Shown here piece after piece: positions 62,606 to 64,000 of a stretch of 64,000 nucleotides of DNA. The notes under the pieces were generated by a model, which worked only from the letters and a program-made list of their open reading frames with translations, had not been told where the DNA came from and made no database searches. Position 1 is the first letter of the stretch; every line of letters starts with the position of its first letter. Source of the DNA: Negaprion brevirostris (Eukaryota); NCBI GenBank assembly GCA_030324005.1, contig JARDVH010000132.1, forward strand, positions 121,708,459 through 121,772,458, given 5' to 3'. Position numbers and translations under genes: made by a program.

Positions 62606-64000
62606 TAATTAATGAGGTCCCACCTCAGACTGTGCCATCTCAGCATGGGCTTGAGCAGTCTTGGCGATGTCAGGGCAGTGGTGGAGAGGCAGCGATAGGG
62701 AGGGGGTGGCGGGGGGAAGGATGCAGAATCATTGGGAAGCAAGAATGTTACTATCTGGAGTGAGGCTAGGAGCGTCCTGATCCCTGATTCCCTTGTCTCT
62801 AAGTCCATATATGTGTTCTACCAGTTGACTGATTTACTGGAGGATTGATCTGTGAGCAACTGTGACACTGAGGGTGCAATTCTCGCAAAACATGTTGTTC
62901 CTGGTGGGAAAACTGGTGAGAATCCGATGGGTCGGCACGAACCAGATTGTCGCAGGGGGCATGAGGGGGAAACAGCTAGATAAGGAGGAGTGTCAGGGAG
63001 AATCCCAAAAGGGGATCTCCCCAGTGCAAATTGCGTAATGGTTCCTCTCATGAGATTCTCCAGCCATAACGCCATTTGCGCTAGAGTGCACAGGGCTGGA
63101 GAATCGTTCCCTGAGACTTTTCAACCAATAAGCCCAGAAACAACTTGATAACCACTTGTGTTTCCATTGCAATATATTGTCATTAGAAGTTCAATAGAAG
63201 CTGTGACCTCAGTGTGTCTGCCATGATGTTGGCCTCAGTGGGTCATTGGACAGCTGACCAGCCTTTCCACATTGAAGAGGAGGGTTCCAGGCTCTCCATC
63301 AAGTAACAGGTCTGACTGGAGGAAAACTGCTCCATCTCTCTCCTAGTCTTATCTAGTAACTTTCAGGCAGGCTATCCATGCACCAAGTACAGCATTTAGT
63401 GTGTTAACTATAGCAGCCCTTTTCGACTCTAGTCTGATTTTTCTAAAGGGGAACTAATATGTAACCTTGGCCCCCGGCAAGGTAGCATTTGTTCTGTCCT
63501 TTCCATCGAGTATCACTGCTGTTCAATAGTGCCCAGTATGCCCCCTGAATCATGCTGTATACCAGTCTTTAAACTTCTGGCCTCTGAGCTGCTGCCTGAG
63601 ATAGCGGTGGACAAGATTGGCCAAATATTGTAGACACGATGGGGTCNNNNNNNNNNACATCACCTCTTTTTGGAAGGACCGCAGTATTTTGTGTCACTCA
63701 GGCAATTGACAGCTGGGCCTTCCTCTGGGATTAAGGACCCCAGGGCAAAAATCCCATCTGCTGGGAGCATCCAGCCAATCAGAGAAGGCAGCCTCAGGGA
63801 TCCCATAGAGGGGCTTCTTACCCATGGGTCGTGTCTTGGACAAGCTTGGTGTATGTAGATGGAATATGTTGAGATTGTAATGCTGTTGATTGTGTAATTA
63901 TTGGGAAGTGTGTTTGTGAGGTGGGATCTTCCCTTGACCATTAACTCATTGTGTTTTTCCTGGCAATGGAGTCATTTCCTGGGGGCAGAGCTCTTGATTG

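Overview
Vertebrate genomic DNA, most likely a cartilaginous fish (inferred from HE1-like V-SINEs, DeuSINE-like SINEs and abundant CR1/L2/Penelope/Rex1 debris), from a gapped draft assembly. The whole window lies inside one + strand gene for a long-chain collagen VI of the alpha4/alpha5/alpha6 group (COL6A6-like). I traced 19 coding exons between 793 and 61859, all AG/GT-bounded and phase-consistent. They encode six N-terminal VWA domains (N6-N1) and the first ~193 residues of the triple helix; the start codon, N7 and the C-terminal half lie outside the window. The introns hold a degenerate histone H4 pseudogene, a nested LTR/ERV-like cluster with two tRNA-Phe primer binding sites and gag-like remnants, MITE-like elements, several local inverted or templated duplications, a tandem repeat of decoy splice acceptors and an 18-nt U2 snRNA match. 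The collagen helix has two Gly substitutions and several degenerate MIDAS motifs. I found no convincing new multi-gene system; the findings are smaller structural and evolutionary oddities. Transposon boundaries are approximate and family names are from recognition, not database searches.
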